Translations under genes and position numbers: made by a program
From: Podarcis pityusensis
Lineage: Eukaryota
Length of the DNA stretch: 64,000 nucleotides
Assembly (NCBI GenBank): GCA_964106645.2
Contig: OZ067038.1
Strand: one strand, 5' to 3'
The notes under the pieces: generated by a model
What the model was told of the DNA's origin: nothing
What the model saw: only the letters and a program-made list of their open reading frames with translations
Databases searched by the model: none
In this document: positions 44,647-59,099 of the stretch, piece by piece
Layout of the letters: each line of letters begins with the position of its first letter
Position numbering within the stretch: position 1 is the first letter of the stretch

Positions 44647-47600
44647 GTTGCTAATTTGTGCAATAAAATATGTAATTATCTGCAGCTGTGGGTAATAACA
44701 GGTTTTGAAGTAAGTTTGGGTTTTTAAATAAGATTTTGAGAAAGCTTTTTGTGATACAGTAAGATAAAAGAAGCTAATTTAGATTAAAAAAAGAGAAAGG
44801 AAAAAGCAGAGTCTTCTCTCAAAGGAAGCTCTTAACCCTTAACATTACAGACCTCATATTTACTTTCAGACTTATTAACTGAAGGAGAGAAGCGGGCTGT
44901 GATTTCTGCTTTCAAAGCAGGCACTGGCACCAACTTCAAACCGCGAACTACATGAGATGAACTCTCCACATTCGGTTGTCAGAGGAAGGGAATATCTACT
45001 CTTGATTTACATACCACCCAGTTATCTTACCTGAGATGATTCATCTAACAGGGCAGGTGCTTCTCTGATTCCATACGTAATAACATTTAACTGAATTCAG
45101 AGGGACCCTCCTGTTTTCACTACTCTTGCTAACAAGTCTGTACATTAAAAAACAGCCTTGCCAATAAAACTAGATGAGAGTGGATAAAATGGAACTAAAT
45201 CCAGATTTGAGGGTGAGTTCAAACGGCCAAGTTTATGATGTAAAAGTACCATTGTGTTAGTTGTTATTCCTAGCTGCCCACGTGGCAGGTGTCTCTAGGA
45301 GGGTCTTTACCGCCTTGAGCTGGTTCACCAGCTATACCACCTCTTTAATTAACTAGAGCCAAAAAAATTTTGTGCATTTTCAAACTTGTTGTCTGCTCCC
45401 CAGAGTAAGTTTTCTAAATCTCTCACAAGTGAAAATACACTCTTTTCAGTGGCACTGAACACGAAGTTCAATAGACTTTGAAAGCTGTGTTAATTAATAA
45501 GCTGCTTATACAATCAAGTCCAATTGATTGCTGCCATCTTTGTCACAGGAAATACACAGGACATTATTACACGGAGAAGAAAACAAAAAGAAAGTCACTC
45601 ATCACCCTAATTTTTAACAACTACTAATCTCTGTCCTCCACTTTTACCTGTACCGTGTCTATTTCCAGCAGATAAACATCAGTAGTGATATCAATTAAGC
45701 AGCTCAGGTGCAGTCTCAACTGATATATTTTTTTGGGGGGGGGGAGATGCACCAAATGATATACCAAATGGCTAGTGACGTGTTGATCTAAATTGCTTAC
45801 AGCTATTCTTTATAGCTTACAGCTGTAGCTCCATGTAGTGCATATTCCAGTTATCTTCTGTAGGGTTATTTGTGTATGTCTCTGAATAAGATTCTGCTCC
45901 TTATTCTTGGAACTACCTCCTAGTTTGCATTAATGAAGAGCATTAAATATAAAAGATACTGAAGCATTTTCTCTACAGAGGGATGAAGAAACACTAAGTA
46001 AACAATACAAAGTTTTGAGTGCTCACTTGAAGGTGTGGTTGCTTCTTAACACTGCCCAACCTTTTGCACGGTTTGCAGATCTGACCTACATTCTACAGAA
46101 AGGTTTCACACATGAGCTGTTATCAAAGCACTGTAAAAATGTGTTATAGCTATATAACCACAACCATTTTTCTGGATTAAATACAGTGATAAACAGCAAG
46201 CTTGTGCATGCTTTAAAATTAAAAAAGGGGGAAAACATTATGACTGTGTTTCCAAATCCCAGAATAGGACTATGTTCCCCCCAAAAGAGAGTTTATCATT
46301 TTTGAGGGATAACAGAAGTGGTGCTATTGATAAAGGGGTGGATATTTCAGGACAGGCATCTAACTGCAAAACTATAGAAGATGTCTGGGTCACGTTTTAG
46401 CAGAGAGAGATATTTTTTACCAATTGCAACTTCAGACAGGAGTGGGGAGAACAGTGCATATTTCCCTTTTTTATACAGCCGCTAAATGGTACAAGAAACT
46501 TGTCCCTTGCACCAGGATGTCCTTTGACAACAGTGTAGCTGTTGCCTCTACACAAACATAGCAAGGTTAGCCTCCTCTGAAGAATACATACATACCAATT
46601 CATTACATGAGAACCAGCTACTGCATTCCAGGCAGTCTATGAGTCTAATATATCTAGGGTTCTTCACATAAAAACAGGGATTTCAAAAATTAATTGCCAA
46701 GACTCTTTTGCTTGTTTTCATTGCTGTTGGAAAGCATTAAGTATTTCACAGATGTAAATGACTGGTTCTCAACTAATCCATGTTTCATTTTAGGTCAGTG
46801 AATGAAATGCATTTTCTGTGGGAAATGTATCAAGATAATCCACCAAGCAGCTCGGTATCTGAAAGACCTGTGGTGCTGAACTGCTTAACTTTATCTCACT
46901 AGCTAATTAAGAGAGCTCATGAGTCATTATATCAATCAATACCTTGTCTAGGTGCGGCTATTTCTTTTGTAACATCCTCCAACACAATCAGATACGTACT
47001 TGGAACTAGGACACATGGGTAATTTGTGTATTCTGCATTAGGGAAGAGCTGCTGCAGCAATTCAGTCTTGTTTGATAGGATGAAGGTGCATAACTACTTG
47101 GCAATGACAGGAGAGGGAGGAAGTCTTTATAAGTGATTTTTCATTAAAAAATCTATTTATATGTAGCTCATCTTTGCAAATGAATGAACCGTATGCAGAA
47201 TGATAAGCAAGCAAGGTGTATGAATTTGAGGTGAGTTACTCAGGATAATATCTCACTGGGTACTGCAGTCCAGTCCATGACTGGCTGCTGCTTTGAACCC
47301 AAGCTTGCTGAAGCTGTGAGGGGAGAAACAAAAGACCCTCCTGGGTGTACTCCCTTCACTTAAGCTTTCCAGGTGAAAATATGTGTCAATAAATCATATT
47401 TCTAAGACACTCCAGACTCCGCTGTGCCTTGATTTTCCAGTGGAAACCAACTAGGCACCTAAAACCGCCTGGAATCTGGCTTCTACTTGGCAGAGAATGG
47501 GGTGGCAGGCAACACTACGCTTTCAAACTAGAAGCTTTACCAAAATAAAGTATATTTTCTTTTCTTTACTTTCTCCCAACTTCTAAGATGCCTAGGAGTC

Positions 47601-48739
47601 TTTAAGAGAACTAGGGACAGTTACAGCTTATCAACTCTCCCCATAGCTAGGAAATTACTAGTCAGCCAAAATCTCCAAACCTCCAAAAGGCATTTCTGCT
47701 TGCTGGATGGAAGTATCACCCTTCTCCTCCCTCTGTTCTGAAGGTTCTCCTGACCTTCTTAAGCAGATTTGGGAAGGTTGAGGGAGTGGGGAGAGAAAAG
47801 AAGGACAAGTCCTATTTCTGGTTGCACCAGTTTCCGCTAGAGCCGTGATTTTCAAACTTTTTTCTCTGGGCCACACTTTCAGAATAAAAATTTGCTCACA
47901 CCACACTGAATTTTTTATTGGCAAGAAATACATTGGAAAACAAAAAGAAACAACTCCTAGCAGTGCTAATATAGAATGCAACTACTTTATAATATGATTG
48001 TGGGGCATCGAGGAAGTATAAAACAATGCAGCTACATAATAACATGATTCATTCCCAAAATATAATTACAAACATGAGCATATGTGGCAATATAAGGCAA
48101 GGAATCTTATTGGACCTACCAGTAAATCTGCTCTTAAGATACAGCAGATATCCCAATGTTAGTGGACAATGATAGCATCTGCTTGAGAAAGCTGCCATCC
48201 CACACAATTATTGGTAAGTCATACAGTCATGTGAACGGTTATGCAATCTCATATCAACATATATCATTCTGGTTTCATTTTAAGAGTTTCAGTTGGCTGT
48301 CACCAGAGAATACTTAAATGCTTCATCAGATTAGACCTCAAGGCAACAATATGTTCGTTGCTGCAAGAATGTACATACAAGATGTACAAGCTACATAAAA
48401 AGATATGTTTATATTTATTAGCTCTCAACATTGCATTGTTTTGTTACTTTAAAAAGATTTATACCCTGCTTTTCTTACAAAATGTACGACAAGTGAAGGA
48501 GCACTTTAAGTGACCTTGACACCAGTTATTGTGGAGAAAAGTGGTAAGAGCTTATTTATTACTTATTAAATTCATAGCTTTCCTCCCAAAGTTATGCAGA
48601 TTTTACATAATCTGCTCTGAGCTTCACTATTTATTTATGCAAGTCAGCCCAGTATCTGCGCAGAACAGCTGACAAACCCTCTTTGCTCAAATGACTGCTC
48701 TGATCACAAGGGAGGGATGATTCCTACATTGGTCAGGGC

Positions 48740-48913
48740 CACAGCTGTCAACAGATTTGAAAATAAGGGATCAGCAGCCTCAAAAATAAGGGATCAGCAG
48801 CCTCACCTGTCCCGGGGACAGTCTATGGGATATCTAACAATCCAGGATAGCAGTGGGAAGCAGCGCTGGAATAAGGGAATTTCCCGCCAAAAAAGGGAAG
48901 GTTGACAGCTATG
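48740..48913. mobile_element. hAT-type MITE
   Basis: TIR CA(C/T)AGCTGTCAAC, 8-bp TSD GTCAGGGC, internal 22-bp tandem duplication. Confidence 0.85.
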
Positions 48914-50759
48914 GTCAGGGCACTGGGCTCTGCCTACCCCAGCCACTGTCTCCTAAATTGGGTTGGGGATTCCCTTGGTGGAAAGATCAGACCCTCAAAC
49001 TGGGGCCAATGAGAGTTGGAATCCAACAAGATCCAGAAGGCACCATAAAAGCCGCCTGCTGGATTAGGCCAATGGCCCATCTAGTCCAGCATCCTGTTTT
49101 CACATTGGCCAACCAGGTGCCTTGTCGGAAACCCACAAGCAGGACCTGAGGATGTACAAGAGCACACTCCCTTTCTGTGATCTCCAGCAACTGGTATTTG
49201 GAAGCATGCTCCCTCTGGCTGTGGAAGGTCCAAGGTCTGTGAACGCAAAGCATAATCATCGCTAGTAGCCATTGATTAAGACTTAGCCTCCATAAATTTG
49301 TCTAAACCTCTTTTAAAGCCATCTAAGTTGGTGGTTATCATTGCCTCCTGTGGGAGAGAGTTCCATAGTTTAACCACATTGGATATGACCAATTTACAAG
49401 AGTATTAACTAACAGACTCACTTTGGTAGCATAGAATTTAAGAACTTGTTCCTTTCACATATGTGTTTACATTTTTTCCAAGTTAAGATTCAGAATTTCA
49501 AGATAATTTAAATACTTGAAGACATTTCAACAGCAATGTAAAGAATATAAGGGCAGAGATCAGGAGCATACATGGATCCCTGAGACACAAACGTTAACCT
49601 CTGGAATAGTTTTGCTAACATGTCCGTATCCCTATCTACCCATTAAAAAAATATATCAAACTGTAATTAATTCATTAGTGTAAGAAGACAAATGAAATTG
49701 TGTCCCATCCTATTTGGAACAGCGGCACACTCCTTTTCTACTGCACTCACAATGCCTGAAAAACTTGTTAGGGTGAAGCTGTCTCAACTTCCCCAAGTAC
49801 TACAATGTTATTACTGGAACTGTTAAATCTACAGACACAGTGGCGCTTGGCTTTAGTCATACTCACCCCCATAGAAATAAATATATGTCATCAGTGTATA
49901 TGGTGCCTTACATAACTAAAGGGGGCTTCCATCCAGAGAAGCCTGAAATTTAAATTTTTACAGAAGAAGAGGAGAAAGGAGGAAATATAGATAATGTTGT
50001 GGTCTTGCCTTGAGCATCTCCAGACTCCTTCAGTTACTCAGCAATGGGGCATGCATGTGGCAGGCATTACAGGTGACTAGCCTACATACATGTATACATG
50101 TTGTGTGTGAGAGTGAGAAAAATTGGACCAGGTTATAAACTCCCCCCACCCCTGGTTTTGGCTAACTGGGTGGAAAAGGAGAGGTGCAAGTAAACAACAC
50201 AGAAGAAAAACCTCCTTGTTTATCTTTGCCCCTTTCCTAGCAACATGTGACATGAGCATATGTTCCTCTTACCAGTCACAACAACTTCTCCAGCAGATGC
50301 ATGGCAGCTGGATCATGAAACCTCCTTATTCTAGAAACACTGGCATCTATTTGGACTTGATCTGGGCTCAGCAGCCTTTGCCAACGCAGGGAAAGGTTAT
50401 GTAAGCTCAGCAGACAACAAACTGGCCGTTGCATTCCAAGTTATTTACACAAATGGATTTCGAAACCACCCAAAGTAAGATCCCATGTTTGTCAAGGCTG
50501 AGCAGGAATCAGCTGAATGCTCCAGGGAGCTGCTTATTAGGCCTCTGCTTTTCTACACGGTTCTAACTGCTTTCATTAAATTTCTAAATTCTTTTTTTAA
50601 GGATTCACCATTACAACAAAGCTTTATTTTAAGGCAGACTTTTTTTTTTTTTACACTCACCTCTACCATGTACCCTCTTATTCAGCTTTCTTTTAAAACT
50701 TTGTTTAAAATCCAAACACAATTGCTATAACCTTTCCTCCTGGGAAAGTTGAAGAGTAG

Positions 50760-51050
50760 CAATTTGAAGAGATATGAGAGCCATCACCAACTATCTAAAG
50801 GGCTGTCACATGGAGGATGGACCAAACTTGTTTTCTTCTGCTCTGGAGGCTAGGATTCAAGTTACAAGATGGGAGATTCCGTCAGTAAGAGCTGTTCAAC
50901 ATTGGAACAGACTCCAATGAGAGGTGGTGAACTCTCCTTCCTTGGAGGTTTTTAACCAGAGGTTGGATGGCCACCTGTCAAGGATGCTCTAGCTGAGATT
51001 CCTGCATTGCAGGGGGTTGGACTAGATGATGCTTTGGGGTCCCTTCCAAC
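50760..51050 (+). mobile_element. CR1 3' fragment
   Basis: Homologous to 26500-26830. Confidence 0.75.
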
Positions 51051-51499
51051 TGCACTGGAGCAGCAGATTCACCATGCTAGCCAGAGCAGTAAGGCTTATT
51101 GTGATTTTTCATTACCCCAGCTCCAAGCTAGCATAGCAGAAGGGCCTGATCTGTGGGGGATTGGATCCAGCAAATCTTCTGGCACCCTGTCCCCAGGCTA
51201 CCCACAACACCCTGTTCTGAGCTTCTCTGACTGCTACTTCTGCTAGAAGAACCCCCCGCTGTGGCAGGCCCACCCAACTAGTGGTACTCCTCTGCCAGTG
51301 CAGGCCAGAGGAGAGTCTACTGCAAGCAATCCCATGCCCTCCCCACTCCATCAACAGCCACTGCACTCTAAACTCCACTGTTCTCAACAGAGATTACTTC
51401 TAGGCATGCATGTGCAATCCTACGCATGCTTACTCAATAGTAAGAGAGTTTGATGCTGTATCTGGAATAGTCTGTTATTACATATTCTAAAAGATACCC

Positions 51500-51630
51500 G
51501 CCAGATCAGTTGTTTAGCGTGTGGTGCCGATAGTGCCAAGGTCACAGGTTTGATTCCCATACGGGGCAGCTGCATATTTCTGCACTTTGGCCTGGATGGT
51601 CCCTTCCAACTCTACAATTCTATGATTCTA
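51500..51630 (+). mobile_element. tRNA-derived SINE with CR1-like tail
   Basis: Degenerate A/B boxes, then CCCTTCCAACTCTACAATTCTATGATTCT; a related copy lies on the - strand at ~57605-57725. Confidence 0.65.
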
Positions 51631-51834
51631 GGAACTATTTTCTGCAGCCAGTTTTCAACTGTAGAATAAAACGGGGTTCTCATCGTAAGAATGATCTGAA
51701 GCGCCATCTGCTGAACAAGAAAAGAACTACCATTCAGCTTCATAATTCTGCAAATGCAGAACTGAAAGGCATTTCCTAAAAGCACACGTGGCAGGAAAAT
51801 TTAAATATAAATCAATATAGGTGGCACCGAGTAG

Positions 51835-52220
51835 TAATAGTAATTTATTATTTCTACCCCGCCTATCTGGCTGGGTTTCCCCAGCCACTCTGGGCGGCTT
51901 CTAACAAAGATTAAAAATACATTAAAATGTCACACATTAAAAACTTCCCTGAACAGGGCTACCTTCAGATGTCTTCTAAATGTCAGGTAGTTGTTTATCT
52001 CTTTGACATCTGATGGGAGGGTGTTCCACAGGGTGGGCGCCACTACCGAGAAGGCCCTCTGCCTGGTTCCCTGTAACTTTGTTTCCTGCAGTGAGGGAAT
52101 CGCCAGAAGGCGCTCAGCGCTGGACTTCAGTGTCCGGGCAGAATGATGGGGGTGTAGACGCTCCTTCAGGTATACTGGGCTGAGGCCATTTAGGGCTTTA
52201 AAGGTTAACACCAACACCAA
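51835..52220 (-). mobile_element. L2 3' fragment
   Basis: Same family as the 42143-43532 element, reverse orientation. Confidence 0.88.
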
Positions 52221-52309
52221 GAACATCAATATGAACAAGCTGCTATTTAAAATTAATTTTGCACTGAATTAATAACTTGTTCTTTTTTTGTCTAGGAGTA
52301 TCCCCAAAC

Positions 52310-52674
52310 GTGGGTGGCGCTGTGGTGTAAACCACTGATCCTTGGGCTTGCCAATCAGAAGGTCGGCGGTTTAAATCCCCGCGATGGGGTGAGCTCCCGT
52401 TGTTCGGTCCGAGCTCCTGCCAACCTAGTAGTTCAAAAGCACTTCAAAGTGCAAGTAGATAAATAGGTACCACCCTGGCTGGAAGGTAAACAGCGTTTCC
52501 GTGTGCTGCTCTGGTTTCGCCAGAAGCGGCTTAGTCATGCTGGCCACATGACCTGGAAAAACTGTCTGTGGACAAATGTCGGCTCCCTCAGCCAGTAAAG
52601 CAAGATGAGTGCCGCAACCCCAGAGTCATTCGTGACTAGACTTAATTGTCAGGGGTTCTTTACCTTTACCTTTT
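52310..52674 (+). mobile_element. Sauria-type SINE
   Basis: Imperfect TSD TATCCC(C/G)AAAC, (TTTACC)n tail. Confidence 0.88.
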
Positions 52675-53551
52675 TATCCCGAAACTATGCAACCATTCCT
52701 TCAGAGGCAGTGTAACTCCAAACATGTCAGTGGGAAATCTTCTGCACATGGGAATCACCCATCCACAGGCCTCCCTCGCTCCCTCTTTTTCTCTTTTTTT
52801 TTTCTCTTTCTCTCTCCCCCCCCTCTCCCCCCCCTCTCTCTCTGCCTTCTTTCCATAAGCCATTCATGTCCAATATTTACAGTCCCCATCTATACATACC
52901 TAATTGGAAGTAAACCCCATAAGTTCAATGACTCTTACTTCCAGATGTGGGTTTAGGACTGCAGCGTTATTAAGACTGTGAGTCCTGCATAAACAGTGGA
53001 AATGTTCGTTCTACTGAAATTGCCGTACATTGCTCTGAGTTCAGTGGATAGGGCAGGGTATAAATAGAATAAATGCTTAAATTGGGGGAGAATCCACAAT
53101 GAGTAATGTTCACATATTGGAGCCATTAGAAACATGTGAGAACTACATTTCCTGTTTTGCTCTTGCTCATGCATCTGAAGTAGGCTCTTGCCTGCCAAAG
53201 GTGTGCAAAACTTGTTAGTGGTTAAGGTGCCATGGGACTCTGATGATTTTCCTGTTTCTGTCCCCCCCCCCCCTTTCTTTTAGTCAGAGCAGCTTTAAAG
53301 ACAGGTCAAACTTAAGTAAACATTTCTCTAAACAAGTTTTAATATGATGAAAAACCAACTAAAACAAAACAAAGACTTTTTTTTAAAAAAAATGACAGCT
53401 TTCAACAAATAGCCTGTTTTCTCAACCACTCACTTTTAAAGGAACTAAGAACCAAACTATATAGAAAATGCAAGATCTATGACTTGATTCCTCTACAACT
53501 TTCTATTTGCTAAGAAACAGCTGTAGGAAGCGAAGGGTGGAGGGTTTAAAT

Positions 53552-53687
53552 CAGGCATCCCCAAACTCAGCCCTCAAGATGTTTTGGGACTACAACTCCC
53601 ATCATCCCTAGCTAACAGGATCAGTGGCTAGAGATTATGGGAATTGTAGTCCCAAAACATCTGGAGGGCCAAATTTGGGGATGCCTG
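53552..53687. mobile_element. hAT-type hairpin MITE
   Basis: CAGGCATCCCCAAA TIRs extended into a long palindrome; 8-bp TSD GTTTAA(A/C)T. Confidence 0.85.
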
Positions 53688-56129
53688 GTTTAACTTGTGC
53701 TACAAACCATTTCCCCAACTGAAATGACCTCTTCCAAAGCTGATATTAGCTGTATTGGACTTATTCTATCCCTTTGATGGATTATAACAGCTTCAGAAGG
53801 ACAGCAATTTAAGTCAGAGTGTTGAGGGGAGGGATTCAATCTGCCCCCACCCAGTGCCACAATCCTGATCCAGCCTGTCACAACAGCAGCTGTTTTTACT
53901 TTGTTTTTTATTTGGCTAGCTTTCTATAGCCAAAAAACAACAACCCCTCAATTGGTTTATTTGGGTAGGATTCCCTAAAAAGAAAAGTTTTTAGCTGATA
54001 TCAAAAACACTACAATGAAGGTTCCTCCCCAATATTAATAGGCTGTGAATTCCAGAGGATAGGTATTTCCACACTAAAAAGATTGACTTCTTGCAGGTAT
54101 GGAATGAACAAAAGGTAACACTTGTAAAAGTGCCAGTTCCACAGTTTCTTTTAAGTAAATAAAAGGATGTTGGGGGATCTGATCCGAAGTCTCCCTTATC
54201 ATGTTTAGTGTGCCCATAAAAAGCAGTTTGCAGAAAGTGCATGAGAAAAGGAGAGAGGAAAAATGTTATTGTACAGCAGCTTGTCTTTTTTAAAAAATAA
54301 ATAAAAAGATGTCTTCATTTGCAGTTCAGTAGCAGTAGAACTTGTCAGTACCAGATAATTGAAAACAGCAAGCAAAATGTTTGTAAACATGCATGAAAGC
54401 AGCTATCCTGTATTCATTATCTTGATGAGTGCTGTGTCATGTTTTACTTTTTCTTTAAACACCCCCCCCCCAAAAAAAACACCATTATTCAGTTTAAGTG
54501 GCTCTCAGTGTGGGTTGCAACCAGTTAAAATGCATTTAAAATGCAGTAAAACATTAAAATCACCAATCGGAACCGAAAAAATAAACCTCAGCAGCAACAT
54601 TTGTCAGTCAGCCAAATGACTTATTGAAGCGGAATATGTTAACCAACTTTATAAACAAATTCTGAGCTCTGGGAAGGCACCACAACATAAAAGCCCATTT
54701 TCCTCACCATGAAGCAGAGCCTCACCCAAAGACCCCAAGTGGTGCTCAGGTGGAAGAGCAAATGAGAAAACCAGCACATTTAGCAGTGAAACAATTCCCC
54801 CACATTGTTACATTTTGTATGTTCATTGAAAACTTTTTGTTTTCTCCTCACTCTTCCCAAATTATTCTATTTTACCGTCACAGTTTTATTTCTTTCTGGG
54901 TTTTGTGTTTTATATTTTTTTTCTGAGTACTGCCTGGGTACTCTTTGAATATAGAGTGGTTTATAAATTAAGATAAAACAAATAAAACAAATGCAAGTCC
55001 CTTCTCCCCAGCAGGTGAAAAAGACCTTTTTATTAAGGCAGGTTTGTATTTTATTCGCCACTGTCTCTGTGGGTCTCTTTCTTTTTGTTGGTTTTATCTG
55101 GCTGTTTTTTATTGACTTGCCTTTTATATTGCCTCTTTTAGGCACCATATTTAGCAATATATTTTACGGGCAGTATATATAACAAAATAATTGAGCGAGT
55201 AGAAATATTCCTGCTTGCAGAATGGGACTCTCCCCCCCTCCCCCCAATCGCATGCCAGCCCTATAATTGCTCCAGAAGAGTGGGGGAAGCCCCAGAACAA
55301 TTTTAGGGGGCATGGGTTGCACAAGCAGAAGTCATTTCGCTGGTACAAAGAGTTGCTTAGTGTTACTTTGGCAACTACCATATGTGATTAACTTCTGGTA
55401 TTTATTTTATTATTGTTAGCCAACTTGGACATGTTCTTGCAGAACAGTAGGGTCCAAATGTGAATAATTAAATGTACCACGGCGACCTAATTTTTGCCAC
55501 ACAGGAGGGTCAGTCATAGCAGCCATCTTGAAACATGAGAATCAAGTATCCTTCAGGGGTATTCCGAAAACCAGAAGGTGGTCTTAGGCTAGCCACTTCT
55601 CTGCATTAGAAATATGACAAGAGAATTTGCTATCAGGGATGGAGAATCTGTGGTCTTCAACTCCCATCGGCCTCTATCAGCATGGCCACTGATCAGGGAT
55701 AATGGGAATTGCAATCTAGCAACATCTATGGTTCCCTAATCTACAAGCATATGAAGCACTTTGGTTAGTCCAGAGCAGAGATGGGAAACCTGCACACCTT
55801 CAGATGTGGCTTGACTAAAACTTCTGTCACCCCCTGGCTACTGGATTCAGCCGACAGGAAGGGCAACTGCCTCTCCATGCCTGCTCTAAAGCACAATGTA
55901 AATGTTAATGCTGAAAAAGAGAGCATATAAATATAGCGTGCGATAAAATAATCACAATAAAGGAGTGAATGTGCACTGAACAGACTACAGACCTCTAGCA
56001 GTAAGATAGTGCTCTGAAACCACCAAAATGCAACCCACTATAATTCTTTTGATGGCTTTTTATTAGCTTTGCTTTATGAAATAATTTATTTCTGAAAATA
56101 AGCTGATCTGCTTGCACTGACATTAGGTG

Positions 56130-56695
56130 GTTGTTGTTGTTGCTGCTGCTAAAGCTTGTATATTGCCCTTCATCTGAAAATCACAGGGCAGTTCACAACA
56201 TAAAAATACAAAATGAGAGCAAAATACATAACAAACGAAAAACAAAGCAATAACCTCCTCTTACGCATGCACATTTAAAAGGCCATAGAATGTTTAATCA
56301 GCCAAAGGCCTGGTTATTGAGAAACGTTTTTGCCTGGTGCCTAAATACAAAGGCCTCCCTGGGGAGAGTATTCCACAAACAGGGAGCCACCACAGAAAAA
56401 GGCTCTTTCTTGTGTTGCCACCCTCCAGACCTCTAATGGAGGAGAAACGTGAAGAAGGGCCTCAAATGATGATTGCAGGATCCGGATCAGTTCATAGGGG
56501 GAGAGACGGTCCTTGAGGTATTGTGACTTTATAGGTCAAAACCAGCACTTTGAACTGGGCCCAGGAACTAATCGGCAGCCAGAGCAGGATTGGTGTAATA
56601 GGATCAAACCGTCTTGCCCTGGTCACTGAATCCTGCACCAGCTGAAGTTTTCAATATGTCTTCAGAGGCAGCCCCACATGTAATGTGTTGCAGTA

Positions 56696-56732
<37 letters not shown>

Positions 56733-56860
56733 ACAGATTGGTTACCAGAGCGACAACAAAAATTAGGCTATCCCTGTCCGGATAGGGGTACATCTGGGCC
56801 ACCAGCCCAAACTGATGAAAGGCATTCCGCGCCACTGAGTCCATCGGAACCTCAAGTGAC
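56130..56860 (-). mobile_element. Older, degenerate L2 3' fragment with internal (TATC)n
   Basis: Decayed homology to the L2 C-terminal coding region (reverse complement of ...TTCAAAGTGCTGGTTTTGACCTATAAAG...). Confidence 0.65.
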
Positions 56861-57364
56861 AGCAAAGGAACCTGGAGTAGCCCCAAGCTACGTTATATAC
56901 CCGCTCTGACAGAGGGATATCGAAATTATTTCTGTGTTTGCTGTGGAGTCTCTCAGGAAATACACTACTGTTGCTGAACTTCCTTCTTACCAGAAGGTGG
57001 CACTCTTGTATCAAGAAATTACAGAACAGCTCACCTATCTAAAATACTAATAAAAAGGCAAACCCACCTTTTAATTAAGAGAGAAAGGTATCTGTATTCC
57101 ATACTCAGCTCATGGTTCAAGGTCAAAAGTGTGTAAACTTCCATACAAAGGCTTTTTTCAGAGTGTAGCATGCTGCCGTAAATGAACAGGCCAACAATCC
57201 ACTCGTTCATGTTATGAGATTCATGGCAGAGATATAAACTTAATCCAATGTTTATTTGTAAGCAGGCCCCGCCACATTCAGTTGGGCTTTCTCACAAGTA
57301 AATGGTGTGGAACATTAGGATTTCAGCCTTAAGTTACTTGTTTGTACATCAGTATACTTGCATA

Positions 57365-57600
57365 TTAATAATAATTTATTATTTATACCCCGCCCATCTG
57401 ACTGGGTTGCCCCAGCCACTCTGAGTGGCTTCCAGCATATATATAAAAACACAATAAAACAATAGACCTTAAAAAGCTTCCCTATGCAGGGCTGCCTTCA
57501 GATGTCTCCTAAAAGATGTATGTTCACTCATCTCCTTGACATCTGATGGAAGGGCATTCCACAGGGTGGGTGCCACTACCAAGAAGGCCCTTTGCTTGGT
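57365..57600 (-). mobile_element. L2 3' fragment
   Basis: Same 3' end as the other L2 copies, reverse orientation. Confidence 0.8.
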
Positions 57601-57749
57601 GTATCATATTTAGAATCATATAGTTGGAAGGGACCGCCTGCAATGCAGGAATATGCAGCTGCCCCATATAGGGATCAAACCTGCAACCTTGGTGTTATCA
57701 GCACTATGCCGTAACCAACTCAGCTATGTATTATGCTATGATTTATGTA

Positions 57750-57969
57750 CAGTGGAACCTCAGAAGCCGAACGCCTTTGAACTCGAACGTTTTGGCTCCC
57801 AAACCATCGAAAACCAGAAGTGATTGTTCTGGTTTTCAAATGATTTTCAGAAGTCAAAAGTCTGCCCCGCTCCTGCAGCCAATCGGAAGCTGTGCCTTGG
57901 TTTCTGAACTGTTCCGGGAGTCGAACAGACTCCTGGAATGGATTAAATTTGAAAACCAAGGTACGACTG
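57750..57969. mobile_element. Tc1/mariner MITE (divergent subfamily)
   Basis: TA-CAGTGGAACCTC...GGTACGACTG-TA. Confidence 0.7.
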
Positions 57970-59099
57970 TATTTCTTAGCTTTAGAGGTCTACGTGGCAG
58001 ATGTACACTGGCTTCTGTTCCAAAGTGAGCAGCTGTTTTAGCCTTTTGCAGCAAAACCAACCAAGAGTCTTGTGGCACTTTAAAGGTTAGTACATTTCTT
58101 ACTGTCAATGTCAAAAACCCGGGGAGTTGGGATCTCAATAATAAACCAGATTAATAAATCCAGGGCCTCTGCATTCCTGCAAATGATTGGAAAATACTCT
58201 CTTGGAAGCAAGAGAAGCTCCTTTGCTTGCCTAAGTTATCTATCTTGGTCTATCTATGCTGCCTCCATGGACTATAGGTGCTTGATCCCAATCATGACAT
58301 CTGACCCAAATCCTTGACTCCTCCCACCCTTTCATCTTTCCATGTTGCAATAACAAAGTAGCCAAGAGCATTATTAAAAGTTGCATTAAGAATGTGTCTT
58401 AGTTTCAACATATCACTGCCATGTTGTTTTCTGGAATCTGTTTTTCAGAGAGTGGGTGTTTTACATTTAGGTATTTCCACACCAGAAATGGTGTAAACAC
58501 ATTTTAAATTGTTAATGCATGCTAGAAAATAGAATACATTGTTTTAAACTAAACTAAATTTGGGGGCGCTGGGCAGATCTTTGCACCCCAGCGGCGCATA
58601 TGCTAAAGACTCCCCTGCCCTTTATCCCACATTAGCAGCACTCAGAAGTACCTCTTTGGAGGCAAAGGCATCTTGAAGGTGCCTTCAACACCTGAGGCTT
58701 AAAGCAGCTTTTTCTTAGCTCAGGCAAGCCTGTGCATTCATTCTGCGCCCTTCCTACTTTAAAAACAATCCCAAGTGGCCCAAGGAAGAAAACTCAAAGG
58801 CCTTCTTCCCTGTTAAAAGCACAACTCGGCAGCGTCTAACAGCAAAGGAAACACCTTGAACTGTGGGACATTGAGAGGAGCGTGTTCAGTTGTCACTGGA
58901 TTTTAGCTGTGCAGAATTTGCAAGTGAGCAAACACCTGGAGCACCTAAGTCTGTCTTGTGGAAACTGGCCGGCCTGCCTGCCGCTGACGTCTGATTTCCC
59001 CCACCGCCCCAGTTCACTGAGCTTGTGCAGAGGGCGGCAGGTGCAATTCAAAGTACTGGAAGAGAGAAAACTCCACAAATCGTCCTCCCCAGCAAACCA

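Noticed and set aside
44760-47400. TE-poor intergenic stretch as a possible CAT/ABTB2 enhancer region
   Set aside because: Cannot be supported without cross-species alignment or chromatin data
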